64,000 nucleotides of DNA from Rhina ancylostomus (taxonomy: Eukaryota), in contig JARFYF010000001.1 of the NCBI GenBank assembly GCA_030265395.1, positions 110,133,632 to 110,197,631 on the forward strand. Direction: 5' to 3'. Under the pieces are notes generated by a model. That model did not search any database and was not told the origin of the DNA. It saw nothing but the letters and a program-made list of their open reading frames with translations. The position numbers and the translations under genes were made by a program. Shown one piece after another: positions 26,101-39,262 of the stretch. The stretch's first letter is position 1; each line of letters begins with the position of its first letter.

Positions 26101-29100
26101 ATATTGGAAAATTACTGTGTCTCTTCCAACAATTATGAAGTAAGTGTACAGTAAACGGGTTCTACATCAATTGACACAGAACACATATTATTGGATCTGG
26201 GTCACAATAATGGACATGACTGGTCAATTCTAAATTAACATTGAGGACTGAAGGGATTAAACTGAAATTCTTTTTCCCCTTCCCTGCACTTGTTTAGCAA
26301 AGATTTTGTNNNNNNNNNNNNNNNNNNNNNNNNNNNNNNNNNNNNNNNNNNNNNNNNNNNNNNNNNNNNNNNNNNNNNNNNNNNNNNNNNNNNNNNNNNN
26401 NNNNNNNNNNNNNNNNNNNNNNNNNNNNNNNNNNNNNNNNNNNNNNNNNNNNNNNNNNNNNNNNNNNNNNNNNNNNNNNNNNNNNNNNNNNNNNNNNNNN
26501 NNNNNNNNNNNNNNNNNNNNNNNNNNNNNNNNNNNNNNNNNNNNAAGCATACAAACAGCAATAGTTGTTAGTAAATTGTTCGTTGAGGTGTTGAAGATGG
26601 ATTAATTTTCTTTCCTTTCTGCTGATTCCAGTCTATAACAACGACGCTACACACATCTTTTAAAATATGTACAGGTGATGTATTCTACTTTGTGGCAGGA
26701 AATAATCTTCATTTCGAATTCAGTAAATATATGTCCAATGTTTTCAGAGGTGTCTGAAATATTTGCGTCGCCAGTAAAAATAAAAGTAGTAAGTTTATCG
26801 GGCAGCATCACTTTAAAATGCTTTTAAGAAACTTTCAGGAAGTTAGTTGTTTCACTGCAGCGTACTGTATCTATCTTTGTAATAAATTACGTATTTAATC
26901 GATATCTGAAACATCCTGGCATGAAGTTGCCGCACTCGGGTGTTTGGAAATTTTTAATTGCCTCATTTAAACTGTAAATCCTAAATCCATTGAACATCGT
27001 GTCCTTCTTGTTTCCAATGAAAAGCTCCCGAATAGATATTTTGCAACAGTTTGTTTAAATGCCTGCAATTATACATGAGAAGAAGGAAAGAATGGGTGGG
27101 GTAGAGGAGGCGGTGTGGAGGACACTTTTATTTTCTCTCCATCTGCTCCATGAACGCAGTGCGGTTGCAGAAGTCTATTTAAGGCAGTTACTAATAACCT
27201 GAAAAGGCTAGGTTTTTTTCTTTTTAAAAAGAGGCGTTTCCGTTCACAATATTATACACAAGGGATTGTATTTTAAAATAATGCCGGAGGAGAATTGTAT
27301 TACCATTTGCAAACTGTTGTGATGCCAATATGGATCTATAATTAAATATTACCCAAATTTTAAACTTCACTTTGTACAACTCTCTGTAAAAACACAAACT
27401 ATAAACTAGTAATGTTCGATTGCCAATAGGTCTTCCCCGCAGTAAATCACACAAATTGTTCTTCAGCCCTATGTCAGAAGCATATTTATGAAAAAACTTC
27501 CTCTTCCAATTATCTGTTTCCATTGTCTGCATCTGTACGCTGTATCTGTTAGCTAAGAACTTGCATTTCTTTCCCGGCGCAAGTTTATAAGTCATATCAG
27601 TGGACCGAGGATTCTAAAAATTTTTTGTTATTATAATCTCAACAGCAGCATTGGGAACTTTGCATTGGTTAGTTGCATGAGGAGCTATTTTAATTTAACA
27701 AAAAATAAATACTAAATCAAGCATTTATCACAAGTTTGCTCAGAATGCTTTACATTCAGTTTCTGTGAAAAATAAGTTGAACTTCGATTTAAATGGGGTG
27801 GATTAAATCTCGATTGGATTTGTGCATGTAGTTATAATTTGCTCAGACCTGTCAAGTAAAACCATGCTGTAACACTAAAGTTCGGAAGTGTGATTAATAT
27901 GTTAAAGCCTTCATTTCCTGAACGCCGAATTTTGTAACAGCCGAACATGGGGTTGATATTTAGTGGTTTAATAGTAACCTAATACTGTAAGGGAGGAGGA
28001 ATCACGACTCCTACATTGCTGGTGGGCTGCTTTTAAAAGTGCATTAAGAACATAGACTTGCATGTTAATCATCACCCATGACCACTATAATTGTTAATAA
28101 ACTTTGTTTCAACTGCATGGTAATTTTACTCAGGATCTATTTAATAACGAGAAGTAATAAAAAGAGGTTTCAAGTTTATTGTGGTTCTCTGGGATTGTTT
28201 TCCTTTGAGTGCTTTTGCTATTCCAAGCCATTCCTGTTGGCAGATAGGGTGGCAAATTCCCAGCTACAGACCACTCCGGCGACGGTTCAAACATTGTTAT
28301 TCACTAACCAACATTGTCGGAACCTGTTTTTTTAAGGGATGATCACGTCACGTCGGCTTTGCAAAAAGTTGCTCACTATTTTAATGCAATGCGGGACAGT
28401 CTCCAGCAAAATAACTTCGGCTAGAGCTGTGTTTTCACTCCTAAGTGGACATGGAGGACGAGAGGATCGGGGATAAATAAAACCAATGTTGAGATAATGA
28501 ATGTTTTCAACAATGTTGAACTTCCACATACAGTGAAATCACCAGGATGTGATCATAAATCTGTGCGAGATCCCACGCTCCGACTGCTGTGTTGTCCTCT
28601 CTTCTGTCTAAATTCCATCTGGTAATACATTTCACAAGCATCAATAATAAAACAGTGAGATTTAGATTCAATTTATCTTAATGCATCGAGTTTTCACTGC
28701 TGTTCACCCGTCGTCTGCGGCTGCGCTACTTAATTCCCCAAAACTTAACAAAACCGCACTGATTTACACCATACCTTCCAGACTGTATTCAATGCAGTGA
28801 GAAAAGGTTTACTCTGGAGATCTAGTTTAATTAAGCCGCCTTTCAAAATTTAAAGCCGATACATACACAATTTACATATAAAAACCTCTTTTTTATTTTA
28901 AACATTAAAAATTCAAGTTTAACCATCCTAAATAAATTAATCACACTGATTCCATTTAGTTCATCCGTTTAAACAGAATCACACAGTCTTGACTCCGTAG
29001 CTTTATATTCCTCGAATCTTAATACTGTCCTGGTCATGTAAATACTGTCAAAGAATTCATTTTCTAAAATCAGATTCGGTCAGCAATTAATATATTAACC

Positions 29101-29659
29101 TGGTATATTGGAGCTAATGCCTTCTGGTGTTTGGTTGGTATCCTCGATCCCAACAGTAATTGTGAGAATGTTTGGATAAAGTATGTAATCTTCTTCTGTT
29201 GCATTACTATTGAAATATGGCGGATTTTCAATTAAAAGCTTTCTTCAGTTCAACAGTCAATTTCCATAATGAAGACATGTCAAAAGTGAGTTTACGTTCA
29301 TTTCCTAATTTCAGCAGTAAAAGTCCAACCTAATCAGTCTGTGAGGTATAATGCAAAATATTCGCGTACGTTATAATCATACATAATAATGCTGTCAGAA
29401 TAAAAACCGAAGTACAACCAACAGCTGGGCGCTTTGTGGTGTTACAAAGAAAGTAAATTATTTTTGCACCAGACATTGTATGCCGTGAAAATCAGTAGAT
29501 TGTCCAAATATTGTTTATTTAAAGTCACATTAGCTATTCTGATCTTTTAAGCTATTGGCGAATTTCTGATGTGGAAGTTTAATAAAAGCGCCGCTCACAA
29601 AAGTGGTATCCAACTGGTATGGCTTAATAATAATTTAAAAAATCTGACATTTAAGTATA

Positions 29660-29815
29660 AAAACCAAAACGCTAGAAATTCTCGCAGGCCAGTCAGCATC
29701 TGTGGAGAGAGAAAGAGATATGTTTCAGTCCACTGACCTATCTGAAATGTAATCTCAACAGACGCTGTCTGATCTGCTAAGTATGTGCACCGTTTTCTGC
29801 TTTTAATTTCAGATT
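29660..29815. mobile_element. Second MITE-like inverted-repeat element of the same family
   Basis: gcaggccagtcagcatctgt ... acagacgctgtctgatctgc arms in inverted orientation. Confidence 0.55.
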
Positions 29816-31564
29816 TCCTGGGGTCTCAGTTGTTCTCTTTGTTACAAAAGTGCCATTGCTTGCTGTTTTTATTTGCACTGATTCCATACATGTGTTATTA
29901 ATAATGAATGTTAAATGTAACAAAACGAGTTACTGATGGCCCGATTTACAAATCAACTTCACCGAGATAGCCAATTAATTAAGGAGGAATTTATGCCAGT
30001 AGTCGAAAATCGAGTGTTGAGTCTTTGAAAAGCGGCACTTGCCTCGAAGGAGTTAACTTGTTTCAAAGGAAACAAGAATAACAACAGTGCAGGCTAGAAT
30101 GCTGGAAAATGGGAAACTGGCAAAGCAGGAGAATGAAATTGGCAAAAGGTGATAAGGCAGAAGCACTAGTATGAAGTAGTCGCACGCACTCAGACTCTCT
30201 CTTCCTTACACGCACACACTCACTCACACTTAGATCTGCTATTTTTCCACTGAGCTCGTGTTTCGTTCCTTTTTGTGTTGGCAGCCCGCTGCTGTGAAGG
30301 GATTAAACTGTATAATTTGGAAAGCAGGCATCTGCTCCAGAGCTGTGTCAGAGGCTGATTGCAGCGCCGCGCTGTTCATAACACAACTTTATCCCGATTA
30401 AAGCAATGAAAAATGCCTCCTGGCAGCTGATGCCCTCGAGTCCCTACCTACCTCTCGTATTTTATGTGGTAATGCGTTACAAGACTGCAGATTTTCCCCA
30501 TTTACTTTCTTTGACGACTGATAGATTTTTTTTCCGAAATATTCCTGTGAAATTTGGGGAATGATTCTTACAGTTGAGGACTTTCTTCTTTTCGCTGCAG
30601 GTGAGGTGGGAGGGTTTTTTTTTGTCCCTGTTAATTAAATGGCGTCCGATACTTGGACTAATTAACTAAGAAAAATACCCGTTCTATTACCGGAGGAAAA
30701 AATGATCCCGTTTTAATCCGTTTTAATGCTTCTGATCGAACGGCGTTCGATGACTTTACGGTCCTTGAGTTCTTATTTTTGACCGCCGGTGAGATGATAG
30801 CCGATTTAGACATAAAACTATCCAGATTTTCATTGATTTATACGACTCCTCCTACTTTTCTTCAGTTCAGGAAGTGCAGTCTGTCTAAAGAGTACATCTG
30901 GACCACGAAAATAACAGGTGCCGGGCAAATGTGATCGGATCTACTTAAGGACTGAACTATCAATTTTATTTAATGTGGGGCAGAAGATTAACATCTGTAA
31001 GAGTAAATCATCAGCTGAACTGCAATTGATGGCAATTGACTGGGTGTAAAGCACCGGGTAAAACGACATCTTTTCATTCCATACTTGCTAGTTTGTGACA
31101 TTTCTTGTCAAATATACCAAACTGATCTATGGCTGTTTAAGAAATGCTAGCAAATACATAATTTTGCGTCGACATAAAAGTTTAGTAGGAATAAATATTG
31201 TCTGGTAGATGTACAATTTTCAGTAGATATACGCGCTTAGTACTTTGTAAGGTTTTTGTTTTCACATGTTTAAAACAGTATCACAATGATCATTTTAAAA
31301 CGATCTTACAACGTTTCAATTCCATAGGATCCAGGTTTAAATTTTCCTTCCTAGTTTATTTTATTGCACTTTGTCAGCAGGGTAACAGCTAGAATGTTAA
31401 CCCAAGCAGTCAATCAGATCCATTACCCAGGAAGTTGAACGCCGGCACCCATGTCACTGGTATTGGAATCTTTCTGTCCTCCTATATACAAAGTTTAAAG
31501 TCTCGCCGAGAGTAGAATCAGTTTTCTTTTTTAGAAGATGCAATCTTATCTATGATGAATTATG

Positions 31565-31652
31565 GCAGTGAAGATATTTCAAAAGTAGTTCGACAGTAAA
31601 CCACTTCGGGGTATCCTGCAAGGCGCTATATAAATGCAAGTCTTTGTTTTCT
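31565..31652 (+). mobile_element. L2/DeuSINE-type 3' tail relic
   Basis: ttcaaaagtagttc...aaggcgctatataaatgcaagtctttgttttcttt is the typical L2-derived tail. Confidence 0.6.
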
Positions 31653-34049
31653 TTTAAAACTCTTTGTGATACACTGCATAGCTCAAAGCTATGATCTAAT
31701 TCTTCCACAACCGTGTCTGCATCTAACCCGGACAGCAGTTCGTAAAATCTTTATTCTATAATTTAACATTCCAATCGCCTATAGTGCTACTAATATGAAC
31801 AAATGCTCTTTTATGAATTAGCCCATTGATGTTTTAATTTAACTGTTAAAGATTTAGGTTTATTAAAACAAAGTTCTTGAAAAATTCAAAGGTTTCTGAT
31901 GATTCGTTTTACGGTTCTACAGGGGAAAATATACACACAAGAATTCGCCGACGTAGGAAACAAGTTAAAACTTTATAAAGATTTGTTTGAATTCCAATAA
32001 TTTCAATTGAAACAGAAAGTATGTCCTTCAAATAAAAGCTACATGACATTACCTACCAAAATGGTGACTTCTGAATTTTGGTTAAATGGGAAAAATATCA
32101 TCTGCAAGTCATCCGTCGCACTCTAATACACAGCGTGGAGTAGGTGCAGATTTATTATGCAGGAACGGTTAACAGTGGAAAGCCACAAATACATATTCAT
32201 ATACAATAGTATTTAAAAGTGTTTTCGAATCTTGCTTATGGGACATGTTTTAATCCCTGGCAGAATGATCGTTGGTCGCGCTGCTACATAGAGCACACAG
32301 CAAAGGCAACCTAACATTTCAGAGACGAGTTCCAGTCCTGTTGTAGCTTTTGTTAAAATTTAAAATTAATAGGGAAGGGAGCATTAGGTACACTAAGTGA
32401 ATGGATCGAACAAAAAAGGAATGATAATTTTCGGTGAAATTGAATTAGACATCATTCGATAAAAGGTAATAACTGCTCAGATCCATAATAAATAGAATTC
32501 CATAGTTTGTGGCGACTAAATATTTAAAACGGCGTTTGTAAAACAAGGTCGCAAAGTTAGTAAATGTAGAACAGACTGGAGAATAATACTGCAACATTGG
32601 TAAACACAGCTATTTCCCAGTTTTTATAAAATGCACCAGACAAGCAAACCAAAGCATGTTGACTTCTGTTGTCATTTTAAGTATATCACCATTTATCATT
32701 TCAGTTCTGCCTATCACATATTTCTCTGTGTATCTCGGTATTATGTAATTTGTATTCTGGCGTGTTACTGTGTTAGGAATGGGATACGAACGTTAGCGGT
32801 TCACGTTTTCTGCAATTAAGCGGCAAATCTCCGAAACTTGGCTCCAGCAAAGTTTCCAGTCGTGAATGCACCAAGTTTTGTTATTGCCTTTTGCATTGGC
32901 TCGGACATCTGAAGTGGTTTTGACCGGTGTGGCGCTGTTGTGCTTGTATAGATTTTTAAAAATAGACGATGTTGCTCCTGCAATTCCTACAGAACTTCTG
33001 AACTATTTCGTTAACGCAGGAACATACGCGTGTAAAAGTAAAATCGGAGGCGAAAATTCTTGATATCGGTTGGTGGCAGTTGAATGAGTGGCTTTTGTCA
33101 TCGTCTCCAACATCCTTTACTCCTAACTTTGAATGAGTGTGTTTCAATCCATCTGTTACTTCTTTTATTTATTGCTAAGAGGATATCCTGAATTGTTTGT
33201 TGGAGAAACTCCCCTTAAAGAAAAAATATATTAGTTGGTCCTAAAAGTTATATAGCTGTGGGTTCTGTTTACAGCCTTAAGAATGTCATAGAATTACGCA
33301 TGTTAGGTTAGGAAATGCGCTAGAAGCCTTATTGGGATTCCTTCTGAATCGGAAATGAATCATTTTATGTGCGGAAATTGTTATTACTGTTACTGATGGA
33401 CCATGTGTAGAATCGGTGCTGAGCAGAATGCAAGAACACCATTTGCACAGGTGGGTACTTGGATAGAACAAAGCCTCCAAATAGACAAACATTTTCTTCA
33501 ATTCCTATATACCATTTCACTTTTTGACATTTCCTCTGCAGTCTCTGATCTTTCGCCTCTTGCTCAAATTGTCTTATTTAAGTAACCGATACGTTTTGCT
33601 TTTATTTAAATTTAATACCTTGCCATCATTCTTCAAGAATTTGAAATGGTTGCAATTAACATATCTGCGATTTTTGTTAAACGTAGGACTATTACAACCT
33701 TGTTTCGTGCCCGGAAATATGCGGGCCCATTTGCTTTAGTTATTTAATAAACAAGGACTCTACAAACGAGAAGCATAAAGAGAAATACGATAATGGGACA
33801 GCAAAATAGGAAATGGTCAGTCCTACTATACTTAACCAACTTAAGATTGTTGTTATTGCCCTATTAAGTGGAACTAATTTATTCTTGGTCTAAATTTGAG
33901 GTGTATTTGTTCTCCATTTGTGCTGGGACTGCTATTCTTTTATCTGTAATGTTTCTTTCTACTTCAAAGCACGTAAATTGTATCCTAGGGCACAGGTTAC
34001 TGATTAAACTCATTTTAATAGTTATTGCAATCGTCTTCGTTTTTCTTCT

Positions 34050-34140
34050 TATCTATCTATCATCTATCTATTATCTGTTTGTCTATCTGTCTGTCTATCT
34101 ATCTATCCATGTATATCTGGCTGTGTATCTGTCTATGTAT
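34050..34140. repeat. Imperfect (TCTA/TCTG)n microsatellite
   Basis: atctatctatcatctatcta...gtctatctgtctgtctatctatctatcc. Confidence 0.8.
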
Positions 34141-34914
34141 CAGCGTGTCTGTTTGTTTCTTACTTTGCCTAACAACTGATTTACTGCGATGTAACTTTTT
34201 TGAATCGCCATCATTGTATATGTCGGTTAATACCATTTGTCGCTGGAGTTAGTCCTCTCTTTTGCCGATCTTAAATGCGGTTCTCTTACCTTGTGTTGTA
34301 TAGTTCCATGTGTATCTATGAATTCTTCATACTCTGGTTCATCACAGGTTGTTCTCTGGCTCTATGACAGTTGTAGCCGGATTTGATTTTTTTCTGCGCC
34401 AGCTATCCTGAATTATTCTACTTAGTGCTTTCTCGCCATGTCATTCCTGCTAATGCAGCTCTGGTTTATTCTTATCGAGATTCCTTGATCTTGCTGGTTC
34501 AGCTCAGAATCACTAACCTGATTGCTCCCTCTGTTCCCTTGGTTAATGCCTTCACGATTATTCTCTCTCTCTCCCGCCTTCCCCCCCTCCCCTGCTTTAT
34601 TTCCTCTTTCCATTACACATTCTAAATTGTCCTTGTTTTCCGTCTGTCTTCTTGACTTAACCCCGAAATTTTCTTTAATCTGTCCTGTTTTAATTATATT
34701 TATTTCAATCCTAGACTATTTACGATGGCTCTGTTATTTGTCATGTTATTCTGGCTGGCTGGCTGATGCGGGTACGTTCAGTGTGCAATCTTTATTACTT
34801 TCTTTCGCTTGGGATTGTCGCTCCCATTGCTTGAATTTTTTTTATGCTCTTGCTTTGGGTTACTTCTCCCTGTTTTCCCTCTTGGAGTGGGGCTTCTCTC
34901 TTCCTGCTGCGTGT

Positions 34915-35210
34915 TATTTTCTCCCTGGTTCTGCTGAGATGTGTCAATCATTCTCCCCTTGCTATTGGCTGCGGAGTTTGCGTCAAAAAGTTACCAGAGA
35001 GGCGCTTTCTCAGCAAGTCTCAGAGAAAGGAGAGAGAGAGAGACCAGTACAACTCAGCAATCTCAACCATTTTTCACTCTCAAACAACACCTACCGTCTT
35101 TAAACAGGTCCATCTTCTTCTTAAGATCCAAATATTATCTTAGCTGGGATTGAATCAATTTCATGCGAAAATATTTTCCGAATCGATAATCTGAAGACTT
35201 CTAACCTATT
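34915..35210 (+). promoter_or_regulatory. otx2: Probable otx2 distal promoter and first non-coding exon
   Basis: Inverted CCAAT (ATTGG 34964-34968), TGCGTCA 34979-34985; gtttgcgtcaaaaagttaccagagaggcgctttctcagcaa resembles the human OTX2 distal promoter as recalled. Donor site not resolved. Confidence 0.6.
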
Positions 35211-35669
35211 TCTTTTATTTTTGCTTTCAGGGACAAAGGCCGTCAGGAACGTGGACGCCTGAATTTTGGGGTGTTTTACATCGACCTGAGCCCCGTAAAA
35301 CAGGTGATTTTTTTGACAAATTGCGCTTCCTTGTTGATTCAGAACCGAGGATAATAATTTTCTACCGAAATGGAGATTTGGTGCCGAGAATTGCGCAAAA
35401 CGTTTCATAAAGGGGAAAAAAGCTGCGAGTATACCCACCCTGGAATGAAAACCGTTTGATATTGTTATGCGTGCATGAGAACACTTTTCGCTGATTCCAA
35501 ATCTTGATAAGTCTTCCGTTTCTTTTTTCATCCAAAGTGGTTGTAACTGGTCTAGAATTTTGGTCTTTGNNNNNNNNNNNNNNNNNNNNNNNNNNNNNNN
35601 NNNNNNNNNNNNNNNNNNNNNNNNNNNNNNNNNNNNNNNNNNNNNNNNNNNNNNNNNNNNNNNNNNNNN

Positions 35670-35811
35670 TTTTTACCTGTACTACATCAATGCACTCTGT
35701 ACTAACTCAATGTAACTGCACTGTGTAATGAATTGACCTGTACGATAGGTTTGTAAGACAAGCTTTTCACTGTACCTCGGTACAAGTGATAATAATAAAC
35801 CAATACCAATA
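35670..35811 (+). mobile_element. 3' tail of a LINE (Rex/Babar-like), body lost in the gap
   Basis: cttttcactgtacctcggtacaagtgataataataaaccaataccaata: short stem plus (ACCAAT)n tail directly after gap 35570-35669. Confidence 0.55.
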
Positions 35812-37724
35812 GAGAAACAGTCAATATTTCTGATCTGCAATCCTGCATCAGAACCAGGACAGAGAGAAATACAAGTTAGGAGAGACGAGGGGGGAGGGAT
35901 GTGTTGTTGGCGGCCGTGGCGGGGGCCGCTGACAGAATTCGTAGCTTAACATATTCAAGTTGAGCAGAGCTTTCGCTGTTTTTCGAGTTGTCTGGAAGCT
36001 TGATAGAGCTTCGATTATCGGTTTCTCCGTTCCTGTGTGAATTGAGCCAAAACTCTTCCAATTTTCGCCTGTGTTAGGCTTGCTGTTAAATCCCAGTAAA
36101 TTTCCCCTTCCCAATGAATGTTCAAACATAGGGATAATTGAGGAGGCGTGGATTTCTCTAGTTTCCCCTTACCCCACCCCCTTCATTTCGTTGATCAGTC
36201 CTTGCAATCACATCCTCATCTGGGGAGCGCTGGGCTGCAGATGTTTAGTGTCAACGATTTATCAGTTCAAATAAACTGGAATGAAATCGATCGCTTCCCA
36301 ATTATTGACCAACAGCTTTTCTAGTAGAGGGGCAGTTCAATAGTCCGTAGAGAAGAGTCTTTGCTAGATAGAAGCTAGACCATTTCCTGCTCCACTTCCA
36401 AACGATTTTGTTTAGAAGTCAGAATATATTCATACAAAATGTGTTCAAATTTAGGATGGTTTAAAAATACAGGGTTTTAAGATTAGATTTTCTAACAACA
36501 TTTCTAGCCAAACAGTAGCGTGTTCAGTACATATGCAAAATACAAGAGCTTTTTCGCTCCCCTTAGTTATGGAGATACTTGAACGTTGCAGAAAAAAAAG
36601 TTTAATCTACGTTATCCTTTCTTTTTACTGATCCCATGCGTATTTACAACAAGATATTTTAAATTAAAGTTTCCCCATTTAAAGAAACTAGGTTTGAATT
36701 AGGATGGAATATTTTCTTGGATTAAAATGAAGGTTTTGAAGCAAAAAGCGAGCATGAGCTACAAAGTTTAAACGTCTACTGGATAACTATTCGGCGTGGC
36801 TACTTCTGTGGTTCGTCTTTTATTTCGACAACATTTGAGTCTGAATTTAAAAACAATATTTTAAAAATTAACATATGCTCTCAGTCTTAATCTCATTTGG
36901 GATTACTTTTGTGCTACGACATTTTAAGCATTTCTCAAGAGCTATTTGGCTAGGTGTTAGTGTTGAAATTTAAATAGTTGGATCTGTTATATCACTTTTT
37001 TAGAACAAATAATAAACGACGTAAACACTGTATTCCAGACCCTTATCACAAAGATCCTCTAAAAAAAACGTTTAAAATTATCAAGTGAGAACATTCGTCG
37101 GATGTCTGTAAAATTAGTATCGGCCTCCTGGTAGAAATAAAACTGGAGTTCAGCAAGACGCAGTTCACTCAATGTGCGTGAATGCTGTGATTTACGAGGC
37201 ACCTCACACCTCAGTCGCTCGCCCTGGCTGCAGAACTCAAATTCGAAGGAAGTGCATGTCTCAGACAAACCTCAGAAACTCACAGGCACGTGCAAGCAAA
37301 GGCAGCGCACGTGTGCAGCTCACTTTAAGGAAGAATTTCAAGAACAACTGGCATCAGCAGTAACAATATATCGAATATTAACAATTTTGCTTTGTACATA
37401 ACAGCCGGTAGTGAGGGAAATAATTAGATGTGATATAAGATAAGCAACTTACCATTTTCAAAATAAACTTTTTTTTGTGGTTGAGCAGCAACCTTTGCAT
37501 GCTGCAAATAAAGCCAAATACTATGTGTGTGCCCGTTGTTTGGAGAAGTCCCACGAGTCTGGAAGTTACAAGGCCGAACCCTATACGAGGGTTAATGATG
37601 TTTCTTTTAATAAACACAGTTCGACTCTATAGCTTTGTTTCATTTCCATCAAGCATAAAATTAATCAGAACAAATGCAGCAGGGATGGGGGAGAGAAAGC
37701 GTTCTTCGCCATCCCAGTTTTTGC

Positions 37725-38075
37725 AGCGTCCTGTAATTAAGGAACGTGTGCCACCCGGATAATCTCGTTAATTTATCAAGAAAACATTTATTATAATTAA
37801 TTCTCGGCCGCATGCTCGGCGGGTAATTACGATCGACCGAATGCCGAGCAACTGGTAGATAGGATTCTTGCAAAAAGTGACAGATTGCGCTAGGAAGCCG
37901 ACAGATTCGGGCAGCTCTGTATAAAACTGGCCGCACTTCCCGATGAGCGGCCAAGAGAACCGATTTCCCTTTAGCGTCAGCCTTGCAGGTAGAGTCAGGG
38001 CGATCGGCTGGAGAAGGGAGGCGCAACTTGCAATCACTTTTACCCCATTGATTGTTGGAGTGAAGTTTATTTTAG
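37725..38075 (+). promoter_or_regulatory. otx2: Probable otx2 intermediate promoter and non-coding exon
   Basis: TAAT-rich block 37734-37830, TATAAAA 37920-37926, consensus donor ttag|gtaaga at 38075/38076. Confidence 0.6.
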
Positions 38076-38999
38076 GTAAGAACTTATACTTGAAATTGAA
38101 GTGGCTTTCTGCATGTTTATCTTTGTTTAACGGTAGAAGATAGTGAATAGTTCAATATGTGGTGTTGTCATGGCTCCAGATAGCGGGCAGAAGTGTTGGA
38201 CTACGACAAGGATGCCTTGCTAAATACAACGCGGGGAGATCGATGTTCACTCACTGGTTGCGGCGCCACGTACCTACTAACGGAGGGTGCTCCAGTGATT
38301 TATCTTAGCTCTTTTTTGCTATATTTAACAAGTCTTTTTTTAAAGTTGACCGTCTTGTGTTGACCAAAGTTTGTCATTGTAAACCCTACTTCCGCCATTT
38401 TGAAGGTGTGCACATTCCTCTTAAACAGCGCTTTGTAAAGTGAGATGTAGATCACAGATGTTACGCAATCGCTTTGTTTTAAACTCAGTATTAATATTTT
38501 CAATATTGTTGCCACGCAGGGGTTTATCTGTTATTCCTTGGGCATGTACTCAGGTGACAATATGTGACTTCCGCGGCCAAACAATGTGCAGTGACAATGT
38601 GCAAAGTTGTACAATCAACAAGGGAACCTAGCTCTTGTTTGTGTAATCTGCACTCTAAGCTCTTTATTAAATAATGTTGGATTTTACATTCAGCTGCAAC
38701 ACAATTAGGCGCAAATGGTTTGCCTTCTCAATGTTTTTTTTCTGATATGCGAATTGATTCCTTGTTTGCTTTGCCTTATTGGCTCTGGCACACGGAGTTT
38801 CAACAGGCACAGAGATACCATATTCTTTACCCCAAAATATAGAAACTGGCATTGCGTTTCATGAAATGTTGTACTCCTGCTGAAAAGTGAACGGGTCTAT
38901 TCTTGTTTCAAAACAATCTCAACCCTCATTTGTAAAACGTGTAATATAAAACTACAAACTTCATTAGTGTTCGAGCTGTAAATTATGCACAGTATCTTT

Positions 39000-39195
39000 T
39001 TTCGCATTGTGCCTTTGTTTTTCTGTCTCCATTGTTGCCAACAGTTTGCCGATTTTACTCTCTCTCTCCCCGGGCCTGCAAACCCATTGTCTTTGCAAAT
39101 GGTCCCAATCAAGTTTTGTTTGAGCCAATTAGCGTGATAACAGATTGATGCTAACGAATGGGATCTATGCAAATTGCAATGCTAACAATGTGATG
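39000..39195. promoter_or_regulatory. Proximal Sox/Oct motif cluster
   Basis: CATTGT at 39005, 39030 and 39085; CTTTGTT 39013; AACAATG 39184; ATGCAAAT 39167-39174; TTGCAAAT 39093-39100. Confidence 0.55.
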
Positions 39196-39218
39196 TGTGC
39201 ATTTGAATTATTTGTTTT

Positions 39219-39220
<2 letters not shown>

Positions 39221-39259
<39 letters not shown>
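39221..39259. repeat. (TG)19 microsatellite
   Basis: Perfect dinucleotide run. Confidence 0.98.

Positions 39260-39262
<3 letters not shown>

Noticed and set aside
20134-26605. ORFs spanning N runs (also at 1259, 35504, 40106, 53476, 59465, 61100)
   Set aside because: Their length is produced by gap characters.
34522-35103. 193-aa ORF upstream of otx2
   Set aside because: Leu/Phe/Ser-rich product of a pyrimidine-rich tract, non-ATG start, no recognisable domain.
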